This document shows, in pieces, positions 18,403 to 37,182 of a DNA stretch of 64,000 bases. The position numbers and the translations under genes are program-made. The stretch's first letter is position 1, and each line of letters begins with the position of its first letter. The stretch lies in the NCBI RefSeq assembly GCF_009914755.1, contig NC_060931.1; one strand, 5' to 3'. This DNA comes from the human T2T-CHM13v2.0 reference genome, Homo sapiens. The notes below the pieces were generated by a model that saw only the letters and a program-made list of their open reading frames with translations, was not told the DNA's origin and made no database searches.

Positions 18403-19208
18403 ATATTAAGACATGAAATGTAAGCCACAGAGTGGGAAAAATTATTTGTCAAGGGACTACTTGGGGTAATAGAAATGTTTTATACTTTGTATTGGAATAA
18501 GTGTTTTACTGCTGTTTATAATTGTCAAAATTCATCAAACTGAACTCAAGAGCTTTACATTTTACGGTATTTGAATTATGTCTCACTTAAAAAGTAAAAA
18601 ATCAGGTGGTACAGGCTGAGATGAAAAAGAGGCTGAAGAAAACAAAGAAAAAATACAACAAACTAGAATAACTCCTAGCAGAATTAAAATCCACAATGCA
18701 AATCTTCCCTCCAAAAATTGACCTAACACCACTATTAATCAAGACAGTGATATAATTCTCTGGGTAAAAATAGATGTATAAGGAAAATCATCTGAAAGTC
18801 AGGTTACGAAAAAAGAGATAAAAAAATATATAAAGTTAGAGATCTCAAAGATGATATATTTACAGAATTAAAGAACATTAAAATATAAAAGAATGGCAAG
18901 TATACATTTATGTTAATACATATGAAATCCAAAAGAAATCAGTGATTTCTGAAATGAATAGATCATTGGATCCACTAAAGAAAATGATCACTTGTGTACA
19001 TTAATGAACGTGACATAAACTAAATATTGTTAAAGAACTGTCCTAAACTGTTTTAAGTTTCATGTGATTTCACAGAAATATGTGTTCAAATACTCGAAAA
19101 TGGTTATTATGTAATCTCTTCCAGTGCAAAAAAGATGGAAAAGTCCCAAATACCCTATACATTTCGCCTAACCCTGGTATTAAAAACCTGAAAATGGAAA
19201 GAAAATGA

Positions 19209-19543
<335 letters not shown>

Positions 19544-20093
19544 CAATTATTTTTATGGATATATTTGCAAAACCTAAATTAAAAAATAAAAAAATAGTCA
19601 AACTTAACAGGATATAGAGAGAGAAGCTCAGCTAAAGAGAAGTAATCCATGAACTGTAGCAGTTTTTCAATTATCGTAAATTCAATTAAATAAGGGTCAA
19701 ATAATAAAAGTCAAATAATGAAAAGACCTGACTTCATCATGAAGTCAAATAATAAAAATTACATGATTATCTCAATAGACGTCAAAAAGTTACTCAAAGT
19801 TGTTACTGACTTAAAAAGAAAAAAAGGGTAAACTACAAGTAAGATATTACCCTAACCATAATAAATAATGTCCATCTCAGACAACAATCGATGTAATTTT
19901 CAAGTTTAAACTCAGAACTCTGGGGAACAGTACTATTAAAGTCAGAAACAAAAGAGCGTCTGAAATAACAATTACTATTGTTTTGATCTAAATGTTTCAC
20001 CCACTGAAATAGGCCAGAAATGAAAAATAAGAAGTACCTCTCATAGCACAGACCCAGAACCTCAGGGAGCATTTTGTTACTACAAGAAATGCC

Positions 20094-20244
20094 TTTGGGA
20101 GGCCAAGGCGGGTGGATCACGAGGTCAGGGGTTTGAGACCAGCCTGGCCAACATGGTGAAACCCTGTCTCTACTAAACGTACAAAAATTAGCCGGGCACG
20201 CTGGTGTGCTCCTATAATCCCAGCTACTTGGGAGGCTGAGGCAG
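20094..20244 (+). mobile_element. Alu internal fragment
   Basis: Alu consensus truncated at both ends. Confidence 0.85.
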
Positions 20245-20685
20245 CCACCACCAATCAATCGTCTGACTCAGCAACTGCCCAGCTCTAAAACAGATCCACC
20301 AAAGAGTGTTAGAAAAGTATCTAGTTTATGTCCTCGACAACTAACTAAAAGATGTCACATCAGCCAGATTAGAAAAGCGACAAGAGATAATTCCACAGAG
20401 AGGAGAAAGCATTGTTACAAAAATGAAATCCAGTGATCAGTAGACTACTCACTGGAAAACCTCCAAGTAGTGAAGCAGGAAATATATGTATGAGAATATA
20501 AAAGGCTGAGGAAAAACATAGAGAAAGAACAGCTATGAGGGGTATTGGAAGGCCATAGCCCAGGATCTAAGCTGTGGATAAGGCTAGTAAGAGAGATTGA
20601 AATATGTGGAGCAAAAGCAAAAAACAAAAAAGGGTTGAACAAATGTTTTCCAGAAAGAAAACTCGGTCTAAAAATTGAGAGTGTA

Positions 20686-20978
<293 letters not shown>

Positions 20979-21221
20979 CTGAGAGTGTGAATCATATTCC
21001 AAGGAACCACAACAACAACATAACACCAGGCACCACCACTACTAGAACACACAGATGAATATGAACTGGTGACATTTTCAAACTTCCTGGATAATGATTA
21101 CATCCTAAGCCAAATTAGATTATTCACAAGGAAGGAAAAGCAGGTTATCACAAACTTAACAATATTAAACCCTAACAATAATGAAGGAGCACTCGTAGAC
21201 CTTCAAAAGAAAAGGGTTATG

Positions 21222-21605
21222 GGCCGGGCGCAGTGGCTCACACCTGTAATCCCAGCACTTAGAGAGGCCCAGGCAGGTGGATCACCTGAGGTCAGGAGTT
21301 GGAGACCAGCCTGGCCAACATGTTGAAACCCCATCTGTACTAAGAATACAAAAATTAGCCAGGCATGGTGACGCGTGCCTGTAATCCGACCTACTCGGGA
21401 GGCTGAGGCACAAGAATCACTTGAACCCAGGAGGTGGAGTTTGCAGTGAACCAAGATCATACCACTGCACTCCAGCCTGGGAGACAGAGTGAGACTCCAT
21501 CTCAAGAAAAAAAAAAAAAAAAAGAAAGAAGAAAGAAGAAGGAAGGAAGGGAAGGAAGGAAGAGAAGGAAGAGAAGTAAGAGAAGGAAGGGAAGGAAGGA
21601 AGGAG
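21222..21605 (+). mobile_element. AluS with GA-rich expanded tail
   Basis: Alu consensus. Confidence 0.9.
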
Positions 21606-22832
21606 GTTACGGCCCAAGAATTTTTTATCTAACCCATTTGTTTATGTGTGTTAAGATATTCTCAGATCTGTATGAATATGTGTGAAAGATATTCTCAGAT
21701 TTAATACTAAGAGGATTAATGCTTGAAGTAGACTTCCTGAAAAATAAAATGAAATTTGGGAAACTTTATGTCAGAACAAATATATATTAATTAAAAATAA
21801 GAAACAGAAAACGAGTTAAGTATAGCTGAGAGTAAGCACTAAAGACAGATATAGAGACAAGATAAGTGTTTCTAATATTATTATAAAACTGATATTTTTT
21901 AAATTGAAAATAATAAAAGTTGTAAAAAATGGGAGGAACATATTTATAACCACCTTACATTAAAATTAACAAAGAACAGAAAAGAGAAAGAGATAACATT
22001 TAATTTCTTATCTTCCATAAAAAAGGTATTAATCATTTGTAACTGATATTAGCTGTTAGAGATAATCTCACAAAAAATTTTACGGCCATCACTAAAGAGG
22101 GTAAAAGTAAGATATCTACCTTCCACACAGTTGGGTGGATAATATAAAAAAGAAAAACACAACCGTAGTCACAAAATAATAACTTCATACTAGGTACACA
22201 GGAGAACCCCCACAAAACAAAATGACGGAATTAAGACTCAGCCTTAATGTGAAATAAATATAAAAGGCTAAGTGTACCAATAAAAGGGCTCTCAGAATAA
22301 TTAAAAATGACAACATAATCACACATATTGGGTAAAAGTTTCACCCCTAACAAAATCACAGAAAAAGGTAGGGCATCGTGTACCGTATTCCTGGAAGGAA
22401 AAGAAACTGAATAATTGTGAACGGTCCCAGTGACCACTGCGCATAAAGATAAATGTTATGCAAACACAAGCAAAAAGGTTATGTGGCAAAAATCAACAGG
22501 ACTCAAAAGCATTTAAAGAACATTTGCACTGATAAAAGGTGAAATCCACTATGAGGACAGAGCATTGAAAATTAAAATACAAACTGTTGGAAGTAAATCC
22601 AGGAAGTAACATAACATCAATACATCACAATAATTTATCTTGGACAAAACAACCAAAAATAGGGCTACAAGGCACATGGGTAATGTGAAGATAACTTCTA
22701 TGCACATACAAAAAGCCTTGTAGCATAGAGCCAGTACCTTCATGAAAGTTCATCTTATTCTTGGTTACAGAGAAAAATCTTAGCAAATATCAGGTTATAC
22801 TTACTTTGCATAATGCAATGAAAATAGAAAAT

Positions 22833-23182
<350 letters not shown>

Positions 23183-23419
23183 CTATAAAATTTATGAAGT
23201 AGCAGAGGGAATTTTAAAAATACAATAAAATATTATAATGAAAACATCAAAACCGTCTATTAAAATTTGAGAGATATTACTGAGACTTTTCTCAGTGTCC
23301 AATTTCCCATCCTAGTTGCCTTAATTATTAAATAATAAAGAATTTAAATAAGTAATCTATTGAAGTAGCTAGAAATGGTAACAAATACACAACAAAAACC
23401 CACAAAAACATCAATTCCC

Positions 23420-24355
23420 TTATCTGCACTTTCGTGTTTACAACAGCATTATTCACAATAGCTAAGATATGAAATCTATCCAAGTGTCCATCAATGGATG
23501 AATGGATTTTTTAAAATGTGGCACATTTACACAGTGGAATATTAGCCATAAAAGGAAGGAAATCCTTTTACTTGCAACCACATGGGTTGAACTGGAAGAC
23601 ACTATGTTAAGTGAAACAAGCCAAGTGCAGAAAGACAAATATCTCATGTTCTCACTGATCTATGGTAGCTTAAAAAAAATATTGAACTCGTGGAGAAAGA
23701 GAGTAGAACGATGATTATAGGGGCAAGGATGGGTAGTGGGTGTGGGGTAAGAAGAGATGGCTAATGGGTATAAAAATACAGTTATTGAGAAGGAATGAGA
23801 CCTAGTGTTCAGGAGCACAATAGGGTGATTATTATTAACAGTAATTTACTGGCAGGGCGCGGTGGCTCATGCCTGTAATCCCAGCATTTTGGGAGGCAGA
23901 GGGTGGGCGGATCACCTGAGGTTTGGAATTTGAGGCCAGACTGGCCAACATGGTGAGACTCCCTTTCTACTAAAAATACAAAAAAAATTAGCCAGGCCTG
24001 GTGGTGCACACCTGTAATCCTAGCTACTTGGGAGGCTGAGGCAGGAGAATCGCTGGAACTGGTAGGCAAAGGTAGCAGTGAGTCAAGATCTCACCATTGC
24101 ACTCCAGTCTGGGTGACAGAGTGAGACTCCGTCTCAAACAGACAAACAAACAAACACCCCAGTAATTTATTGTATATTTCAAAATAACTAAAAGAGTGCA
24201 ACTGCTATGTTCCTAACACAAAGAAATTGTGAGCACTTTAGGCGATGGATACCTCAATCACCCTGATTTGATCATCACACATCATATGCTTGTATCAAAA
24301 TATCACATGTACCCCATAAATATGTATAACTTATATCCATAAAAAATAAAAATTA
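23420..24355 (+). mobile_element. L1MA 3' end, Alu-interrupted
   Basis: aagtgtccatcaatggatgaatgga...aaaatatcacatgtaccccataaatatg. Confidence 0.85.
23851..24155 (+). mobile_element. AluS
   Basis: Alu consensus; TSD cagtaattta. Confidence 0.9.
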
Positions 24356-24445
24356 AAAACTAGAAAAATTAATTCCCTATAATTAAGGGAAATGAGGAAT
24401 GAAAATAGAATGGTAAAATATTCCCTTATTGCTGGTCTGTATAGG

Positions 24446-24746
24446 TAGGGTTGCAAACTCTAAAGCCTATAGAGACCAAGCCAGTCCATCAGTAGGCAGG
24501 CATAGAACACTAATGAACAGTGGAGACTGTGGCAGATGCCGTACCCAGAGGGGATGGCCACTCAACTCCACCAAATTATTGCAATGAAGGAATGCAGGTC
24601 TAGTCTTGCCAAATTCTCCAATATTTTAACAGGAGAAATGTATATTTTTAATGTGAGATTTTCTGCTTTATAAAATGGTGTACGGCCAAATATAACATGG
24701 CTATGAGCTGTATTTGGCTGGTAGGCTGCAAGTATGCAACTTCTGA
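24446..24746. mobile_element. Old hAT-Charlie-type MITE
   Basis: Terminal inverted ends gggttgcaaact...agtatgcaacttc. Confidence 0.5.
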
Positions 24747-24759
24747 TTTAGACTATTGA

Positions 24760-25380
24760 CTTCAGCTTGAACCAATTTCAATAATTTACATTTTTCCAGA
24801 AAAATTTCCATTTCATGTAGATATTCAAGTGCATTAATATGAAACTGTATCAAGTATTCTTTTTAAAAATCTCCCATATTTACTTTTCATATCTAGTTTA
24901 TTTTAGTGGTAATGCTTTCCTTCTTAATTAAATATGCTATCTTTGTGAATTTGTTGCTTTTCTTTTCCACAGAATCAGTGCTTGGATCTGTTCATGAGAT
25001 TGAAAGGTTTTTGGTTTTTAATTTTTAAATTTCCAAGTGGGTGGGATTCTTATTCAAACTTTTGTTATTAATTTCTCGTTTATTGTATTGTAGTCAAAGA
25101 ATGTGCCTATATTACTTGTTCTTTACGATTTAATTAGGTTGTCTTTGTAGCCTAATACATAGTCATGTTTTATTTAATGTTCCAGAATCACTTAAAAAGT
25201 AAGCTGTTCTCTTTTTAAGGGTACAAAATTTATAACACACACACACACCCACACACACATATATACACACATTCCGTGTCATTCAAATTCTGTTACTTTG
25301 CTTTATCCACTTGATCAAATGGAAAGGAATGTGTAGAGTCTCCCATAATAATTGTGTTTCGCCCTTCTTCATGGTACTTC
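24760..25380 (-). mobile_element. Old L1M fragment
   Basis: tttattgtattgtagtcaaagaatgtg, gtctcccataataattgtg. Confidence 0.5.
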
Positions 25381-25494
25381 TAAGAACTTGCCCTGCAATA
25401 AAACTTTTGCAATGAATATTGTATTCTAGTAAAAAAAAAAAAAAAAAAAAAAGGAGAAGCCTAAAATTCTAAAGTTATCATTAGTGTTGTTCAC

Positions 25495-25861
25495 CAAGTA
25501 TTTCTACTTTGTTCCCTTCTGGGCATATAGTTGGGTTGTACTCCTCAACACCCTTTGATAATAATCATGGCCATGTGACTTGCTTTAGCCAGTGAAATGT
25601 GAATAGAAGTGACAAAACCCTTAAGAATCACTGTGTGATTCCCCGGGTCTCTTTCCCCTGCCTTAGCTAACATGGAAGGAGAGACGGGCTGGAGTCTCTT
25701 TCTGCCACAACTCTTGAGTGAGGATGTCACAGAGAAAAGACCCAACCAACTCGCGATGACACACAGTCTGAGTGACAGCTTTAATTTTGTGGTTTTAAGC
25801 CACTGCTATTTGGGGGTATATTTATTGCTGCAGCATAACTTAGCCTATCCTTACTGAAACA
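25495..25861 (+). mobile_element. Old MLT1 (I/J-like) LTR
   Basis: ggccatgtgacttgctttagccagtgaaatg...tttaagccactg...gcagcataacttagcctatcc. Confidence 0.75.
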
Positions 25862-26639
25862 GCTCTGAAAACAAAGTACGCAGCCTGCAAAGGGGAAAAA
25901 AATGGGTAACCAATCAATATATTTAAAAAATTCTTCCTCTCACATACTAGTTAAAGCAAAATGAATTGCCACTTTTCACCATCATGTTACTTATGATTTT
26001 TAAAAATTATAATACTTAATATTGGTCAAAATGTTCTAAGACAGGCATTCTCATACATTCCTTTTGGTAAACCCTGCCTAAGAAAATGTTACTTAGCATG
26101 AAGAATTTTAGCAATTTCCTATATTTCACATAGAATCTCACTTCTAGGAATCCAGCACGGTTTCTGCATTGAAGATGGCACCGTACACTCGTACCAGGGA
26201 GAAAACAAACTTCCCAAGTGGGATTCTGAGATTGGTTTGCTTGCCTCTAACCTTAAATGAAGTGCTGACCTCCTTGCCCACTGAAAAGGGGATACTAGTA
26301 TCTACTGCATGCATTAGCATTATGATTAATTAACTGTCATCTGTGGTTTCTTGGGATACAATAATTATTTAAAGTAAGGCTTTGGAAGACCTAAGTGGCT
26401 CCAAGGTTTGACCTTTATGGTAACGATGATGACTACCAGGACTGCCAGCTGGGATGGCTGCTTCTGAACACCCTTGTAAGAACAAACAAGCTCAGACCTT
26501 TAAACTCTCAGCTCAAGTCACAGAGAACTAGATTGCTTCTGCGGTGGTTCTAAAATAATCACTTATTTCTTATAACCCTGCAGGGAAGATGCCAAATTTA
26601 ACTGTGTGCTCTGTAGAATTATCAGTTGAAATCACAGAC

Positions 26640-27610
<971 letters not shown>

Positions 27611-28552
27611 CCTAAAGACTGTCTTCAATTCACATCCTCTGCTCTCATACAAGGATATTTTGGGGAGTGGCTAGGGTCTTTCGCCCAACCAAAGGTAACC
27701 TCATGAGAACCCCATGTTTCTAGAGACTATTTTGGAAAGCAATTGGAAGCCAAAACATTCACATATAGGTTTGAAATACCAAGGTATTTATGACTCAGGG
27801 GCGTGTGTGTGTGTTTTTCAGAGTTTCAATGTCCTGTTGTCACCCTCAGTGACCTATATCCACTAAAATTGCAAAAAGAATACTATATCTAAAAGCTATC
27901 TGGTTAAGATCTTAGAGTCATATGGCTCTTACTAGTGGCATGACCTGTGCAAGTTTCTAGAAACCTCGGTACTTCATTTTTCTCATCCACAAAATGAGAA
28001 TCATAATAGTTAGCACCTATGGCTTTTGTGAGGACTAAGTAAGTTAATAAATAAAGTGCTTAGAACAGTCTTTGGCCCATGATGAAAACTCTGCATGCAT
28101 TAGCTAGTATTATTGTTATCCAGGGTTATTATTGGGGTCCTGGTGAGCATTACACAAGTGTTATTTATCATTAATTACCCAGTTAAAACTTGCCACAGTA
28201 AAGATCAAAAGCACACAAGCCATAATTCACTAACACAGAGTGAAATACAAAAGAGTTTAATGCTAATTATGCTTATTCACAAATGCAGGCATTTGCAGAG
28301 ACATTTTTCTTTAGTTGTTCTTCACCAACACTAGTGGCTTTGTGAATTATATCGTTTGTAAACTTACAAATCTCCAGGCACTGAGCTCCCTGCAGGAGAC
28401 TAGGGAGGGGCTTCACTCCCTAGAGAGACTCTCAAAGAAGGAAACATAATTGGGTTTGCTTTCCATTTGTCAAAGTGTGCCTCAGACTAGGGTATCTCCA
28501 ACTTCAATGTGTATATGAAACATCTGGGAATCTTGGTAAAAGGAAAATTCTG

Positions 28553-28842
28553 GGCCAAGCCTGGTAGCTCACGCCAGTAACCCAAGCACTTTGGGAGGCC
28601 AAGGTGGGAGACTGCTTGAGGCCAGGAGTTCTACACCAGCCTGGGCAACATAGCAAAACTTCATTGCTACAAATAATAAAAAATAAAAATTAGCCAGGCA
28701 TGGTGACGACGCATGCCTGTAGTCCCAGCAACTCGGGAAGCTGAGGCAGGCGGATGGCTTGAGCCCAGGGGGCAAGGCTGCAGTGAGCTATGATGACACC
28801 ACTGCATTCCAGCCTGGGCAACAGAGCGAGACCTTGTCTCTA

Positions 28843-28845
<3 letters not shown>
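28553..28845 (+). mobile_element. AluJ
   Basis: Alu consensus. Confidence 0.9.
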
Positions 28846-28902
<57 letters not shown>

Positions 28903-28921
28903 AGATAGATAGATAGATAGA
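28845..28921 (+). repeat. (AGAT)n tetranucleotide STR in an Alu tail
   Basis: Direct reading; one aaag interruption. Confidence 0.95.
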
Positions 28922-29483
28922 AGGAAAATTCTGATTCAGCAAGTCAGGGGTAGGGCCTGAGTTGGAGCATCTTAAACATGCTTCCAAGTGATGCTGACTC
29001 TGCCTGTCCCTGGACCACACATGGAGGAGAGAGGACACCAGGTCTCTGCACATGCAAGCACTTTGAGGGCCACCTGCATTCAGACAGGGGTGACTGAACC
29101 CCTAAGGACAGACTTTACTTCCTTCATCAGGTTTCCAAGGGAAAAACTCCTCATCATCTCACATGTATCTTCCACTCAGACCTTCTTGCTCCTGCAAATA
29201 TCCACAAGCTCAATGACTTCTCTGTAGCCAAAGAGTTTTCTTTTAACCAAGGGTCCCCCCGCCCCCACCCAATTGTGTCAATGGACAGATTGCTGCACAA
29301 TAACCTGATGTGATTGTTAAAGGATCAGGCTCATGGCCGGGCATGATGGCTCACACCTGTAATCCCAGCCCTTTGGGAGACCGAGGAGGGCCCCTGAGCT
29401 GCCAAGAACGCTTCCTGGTTCGACTGTTTCAGGAAAGCATTTGCAAAGCTAGCTGGATTCACTCCAGATGACCTAGTAGTGTG

Positions 29484-30123
29484 GTTGTGGAGAAACAGGA
29501 AAAGTTTTACACTGATGGTGGGACTGTAAACTAGTTCAACCATTGTGGAAGACAGTGTGGCGATTCCTCAAGGATCTAGAACCAGAAATACCATTTGACC
29601 CAGCAATCCCATTACTGGGTATATACCCAAAGGATTATAAATCATGCTGCTATAAAGACACATGCACACATATGTTTATTGTGGCACTATTCACAATAGC
29701 AAAGACCTGGAACCAACCCAAATGTCCATCAATGATAGACTGGATTAAGAACATGTGGCACACATACACCACGGAATACTATGCAGCCATAAAAAAGGAT
29801 GAGTTCATATCCTTCGTAGGGACATGGATGAAGCTGGAAACCATCATTCTCAGCAAACTATCACAACGACAGAAAATCAAACACCGTATGTTCTCACTCA
29901 TAGGTGGGAATTGAACAATGAGAACACCTGGACACAGGAAGGGGAATATCACACACCGGGGCCTGTCGTGGGGTGGGGGGAGAGGGGAGGGATAGCATTA
30001 GGAGATATACCTAATGTAAATGACGAATTAATAGGTGCAGCACACCAACATGGCACGTGTACACATACATAACAAACCTGCACGTTGTGCACATGTACCC
30101 TAGAACTTAAAGTGTAAAAAAAA
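29484..30123 (+). mobile_element. L1PA 3' end (ORF2 C-terminus + 3'UTR + polyA)
   Basis: ORF 29543-29914 WKTVWRFLKDLEPEIPFDPAIPLLGIYPK...HRMFSLIGGN is the L1 ORF2p C-terminus. Confidence 0.95.
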
Positions 30124-30335
30124 GAACACTGAAAATGCAGAAATCAGTCAAATACATCCCTTAGGTCTTGAGGATATCAAGCCTTTATTCCCCAGTGAAT
30201 GATGCAGGAAGCTCTGAGATCACCCAAACAGCTGCTGTGGGGACCACAGAGCTAAGGGGAACACACAGGGTGTAGCACAGCCCACAGTGACTTCAAGAAG
30301 CCATTCTTCTCAACCTGCTTCTATAATTCAGCTGT

Positions 30336-30823
<488 letters not shown>

Positions 30824-31231
30824 TTTAAGTGACTATTTTGTCAACGAATCCAAGGATGATACAGAACTAATACGATGCAGGGGATGGAAGTCGATTCCTG
30901 ACATGCAAAGGACACCTTGGGAATTGGGCTTAAAGGTCTCAAGGAGCCTGGTGGAAAAGAGCTGCAGGCTTCCAGAATCAGGGCTGATGGAGGGATCCTG
31001 GCCCCCAAAAAAGGCATCCAGGAAAGGTGAATCTTGGTCCCCAACTGGTGCTTGGTAAAAGTCACTTTAGCTGCAGAGGCTGATGAAAGAGAAATGGAAG
31101 AGTGACCACAAGAGAACAAAGAACTGAGTTAAAGTTCCAAGAAATAACTTTTGCAGTGATGAGCCAAGGAGGAGACCCCAGGCACTGGGCAGAAGTTTGG
31201 GCTTTTTGTTTATTTAACTCTGAATAGTTCA

Positions 31232-31545
31232 GGCTGTGCCCAGTGGCTCACATCTGTAATCCCACCACTTAGCGAGGCTAAGGCTGGAGAATCCCTTGAG
31301 GCCAGGAACTTGAGACCAACCTGGGTAATAGAGTGAGACTTCATCTCTGCAAAGAATAATAAAAAAACTTAGCTGGGTGGGGTTGCACACACCTGTAGTC
31401 CCAGCCATTTGGGAGGCTGAGGTGGGAGGATAGCTTGAAACCAGGATTTTGAGGCTGCACTGATCAATGATTGCATACTACTGCACTCCAGCTTGGGTAA
31501 CACAGTAAGACCCTGCCTCTATAAAAAATAAAATAAAATAAAATA
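31232..31545 (+). mobile_element. AluJ
   Basis: Alu consensus; TSD taactctga(a/g)(t/c)agttcag. Confidence 0.9.
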
Positions 31546-31569
31546 ACTCTGAGCAGTTCAGCCCATTTG

Positions 31570-31574
<5 letters not shown>

Positions 31575-31603
<29 letters not shown>
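31575..31603 (+). repeat. (CA)n microsatellite
   Basis: Direct reading. Confidence 0.95.
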
Positions 31604-31605
<2 letters not shown>

Positions 31606-32936
31606 CCAGTCCCACCACTGAGGGCAAACTGGCTCCAGGCCAGGTGAGCAATCCCAGACCCTCCTGCCTGCCTTCCATTCTGTCCCCTGGGAATGTCTGG
31701 ATGGATCCGTGTCCAGGAAATCCAGGCGAGATCCCTAATCCAGGGAGATGACTGTTCCATGTGTAGCCGGCAAGGCACCCCCGCTCCCAGTGAGCCACCT
31801 AATGAAAACCTCATGTGTCAACTTGAGTTGCACAGACAAACCCAGGCGAATTCCAGCCGGGCCTCGTGCCGAAGGTATGACCTCACTGTCGGGCAAAGCG
31901 GCAGGGACCCCAGAGAAAGAAGACTGGTGTGTGGGCCAGACCTGCTTCTAATCACAGCCAGATGGGACGGATGGAGGCACCACTGCCATCCTGCCTGCCC
32001 AGATACTGGGGTGTACGGACCAGGAGGCATGGTCATCCTACAGCGAAGAATCCTAAGCTTTGCCCCAAACACTCCTTTTTTTTTTTTTTTTTTGGCATCA
32101 TCCACATACTAGTTTGGTGTGATTACTTTTGCATCAACCTAATAAACATCACTGCCATTCCACATGTTCCACACCAAAGAGAAACTTAATTAGGTAGGCT
32201 CGAATCTCTGGAGGATTCCCAGTTACAGAAGCGAGGAAGGAAGGATATAATTAGAATCTTTTTTTTTTTTTTCTTAACAGAACAGCTCAAAAGGCCCCAC
32301 TAAGGACAATTAAATGCAGTCATTCCATCCATAACCAGAACCTGGTACCTGAGAAGTTTACTCATTGGCAACGTGAAATTTGCAAAATACCTTCAAGACA
32401 CGCACTTCAACCTCAGACTGGGCATTTTTCATTTAGCTCTTTTCACACTTAGGGACTGTATAAATTTTTGTGGCAGCAATACCCGTAGCCTACACTGATG
32501 CGTTATTTTCATGGATTTTGTACTAAATCTTTTGTAGGCAACAAAACAAAACTTCAAGGAAGCTGAGCTTCAAAAATAAATAAATGTGCTTTTACGTGAT
32601 GGGTCACCGTGAAATAGTTGATGACTTGGGTTTTTGTTAAAGGAACAAATAGAAATTCGCTGCAAGATTTGCTCAGAAGTTCTGCTTTCAGCATTGGTAG
32701 CTGAGTATGATGAGTTGCAAATAAACTGGTGAAACTTGTAGTCTCTTAAACCGCATACCAGATGCCTGAGCCCTGATGAGCTCTTTGAACAATATCATCA
32801 CATAAAGCCCCAAGGGACTCCAAGCTCTCATGAAATCAGGGAGGATTTGCAATAATCTAAAAATTTCCCCACAAGCTGGGGTCCAATGAGAGAATATACA
32901 AACAAGCATGAACTTGGGGCCGAAGACGCTTAAATC

Positions 32937-34035
<1,099 letters not shown>

Positions 34036-34958
34036 CGATTGACTAGGTTTTATTACAAGAGTTGTGTGAGCAGAATCAAAGACCCAAAGCCTTCTTAGTT
34101 CCAGAAACAGACGTATAGATTAAGACTTTTCTTATTTCAAGGAGGAAACTTTTTTCCCTGCAAATGTATCTCTGAAATAATGATGGAAGTCACTGGAAGT
34201 GAGATCTTGCTGTAAAAGGTGTGCTTTGCTCCAGCTTTTCAGAAATATCTCTAAAATATAAAGCAACGTCAAATCAGGCCTACAAAGACATGGTGAGTCA
34301 CCATCAATCAGAATTGGGAGAACAAGCTGAGAACCGCTCACACAACTGAATACCCTGGATAAAACATCTCTATCCTGAACCAGAAAATAAATGTCTACAG
34401 CTGCACTTGGCGGTTGGCCCTAGGGTCCATTCACCATATGGTCACCCTTATTATCATCCTCCCAACAAGTCCGGCAAGATAACAGGCTAAAACCACGCTC
34501 TTGCAACTGGCCTGCAGGCCAAGCAAACATCTCCTTATCATAACCTTGGTCTGTTCTTCCAAAGAGACTTCCTGCCCATCTCCTCTGTCCTTGCTTCTTG
34601 GTGTATATCTAATGCTCAACCTGGGCACGCCAAAAGCCCAGTCCTCTCGTGCCCGATGCCTAGAATTAAGCTGCTTTTCAGAGGGAAAGGGTATGTGTTA
34701 ACAAAACAAAACAAAGAGGCCTCCTTCCTGGACCTTTATCTAAGGCAGGATCTAGCTGGTTTGGGATAAAACCTAGGGTTTTAGACTAGGGAAGAAACTT
34801 AAAGATTATCAAATGCAGTCATTTTTCAAAGCTTATTTTATTTTTAAGATGGAGTTTCACTCTTTGTCACCCAGGCTGGAGTACAATGGCACGATCTTGG
34901 CTCACCGCAACCTCCGCCTCCTGTGCCCAGTCCATTTTTCAAAGCTTTTTAAACATTA

Positions 34959-35253
<295 letters not shown>

Positions 35254-35282
35254 TTAAAAACACTACAAAGTTGTATTTTTTC

Positions 35283-35972
<690 letters not shown>

Positions 35973-37182
35973 TAGCCTGGCCTGGCTGACCTGGCAGAAC
36001 CCCTACATACTCCTCTCCTGGATATGCCCACCAATCACCTGGATATTGAGACCATCGATATCCTGGAAGACACCATCAATGAGTTTGAGGGTGGTATGAA
36101 GCTAGTCAGCTATGACTCTGGACTCATTCAGCAAGTGAGGTCCTGGCCAGGTGTGAGGTACAGCAGAGAGTGTCTAGGTGGTTGGGTGGAGCAGTCATGG
36201 CATATGAAGGGGCGTAGTACTTGCTTACTGAATTAAGAAAAGAGGCTCAGAGTGTAGACACAGGTGGCAAGGACCAGATCTTACGGCTCTACTTATGGGG
36301 CTACTTTGAAAGTGTTAAATGAAACACTTCATTTCTTCAGTAGCTACTTGGAGATGTTAACCAACTTGGGATTGTTGAGCCAAATGGGGCAGAGAGTTGG
36401 GTAGAAAACAGGGTGCTTTTGCTACTGGTCCCAAGATTCTTCAATCCAAAAACAGGATTCTACTAAGAAGGGCGTGGACTAGACAGGGGACTGCCACTGT
36501 CACTGGAGAATAAGCTGCAGGTCATTTCTCTGAAGCTTTGGAGAAGATGGAAATGGAGGGGGGGGGAAGGAGGCTGAGAGTGAAGCCTCTGAACAGATCT
36601 GGACAATGGGAACGTCCAGACAGAAGGAAGTGACAATGGGAATGACACAGTAGCTCCAGCTTAGAAGGCTCCAAAGCCTGCGGGTTATCGTGTCCTTGGG
36701 ATAGACCATCCCAAAAAACTTAGAGGTAGTGAGGCAGTGTGCAGGATATGGGCTTGTGGGGTAGGGCAGGAAGATAATGCCATTTTCTTCCTTAGAATCC
36801 CCTTCCATCAGTCTGCTGGGCAAGAATGGGGACAGTGACTGGGCCAGGATTAAGTCTAGGATTTGTTTTCCAGGTTGCCTAGGAAATGTGTGTCTGTGGG
36901 AAGCAGAGAATCAATGAATGGCCTGGAGACACCCTGGCCCACAGGGAACACCTCAAGTCCAAGCTGGTAGATGAGAATCCCCAGCTCACCAGAAGAACAT
37001 ACAACACATGAGCCCTCTGGTCTTGGGTTAGGACCTCCGTCTGGAGACCAACAACTGCTACCCATTGACCAGTCTCTCAGACAACGTAGAAAAGTGGTTG
37101 CCTAGGGCTTGCAGGGACAGGGGGATTGGGAGGTGATGGCTAAGAGATGTGGAATTCCTTTTTGGAGTGATGAAGGTGTTCT

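Larger units (their letters stand above)
28487..29030. mobile_element. MER5-type hAT element split by an AluJ
   Basis: catctgggaatcttggtaaaa...attctgattcagcaagtc...tggaccacac; Alu TSD aaggaaaattctg. Confidence 0.7.

Noticed and set aside
21645-21700. Short duplication aagatattctcagat
   Set aside because: A 15-20-bp local duplication in decayed L1, too common to be informative.
29543-29914. Intact-looking 123-aa ORF
   Set aside because: C-terminus of L1 ORF2p in a 5'-truncated element, not a gene.
31464-32189. Overlapping 70-140 aa ORFs in unique sequence
   Set aside because: No recognisable homology or convincing splice structure; some run into Alu, (CA)n or polyT.
36024-36236. 70-aa ABC-F-like ORF as a functional gene
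   Set aside because: Upstream frameshift, Walker B DE changed to DM, H-loop H changed to Y, in-frame TAG in the last exon and no 5' part; it is a pseudogene.
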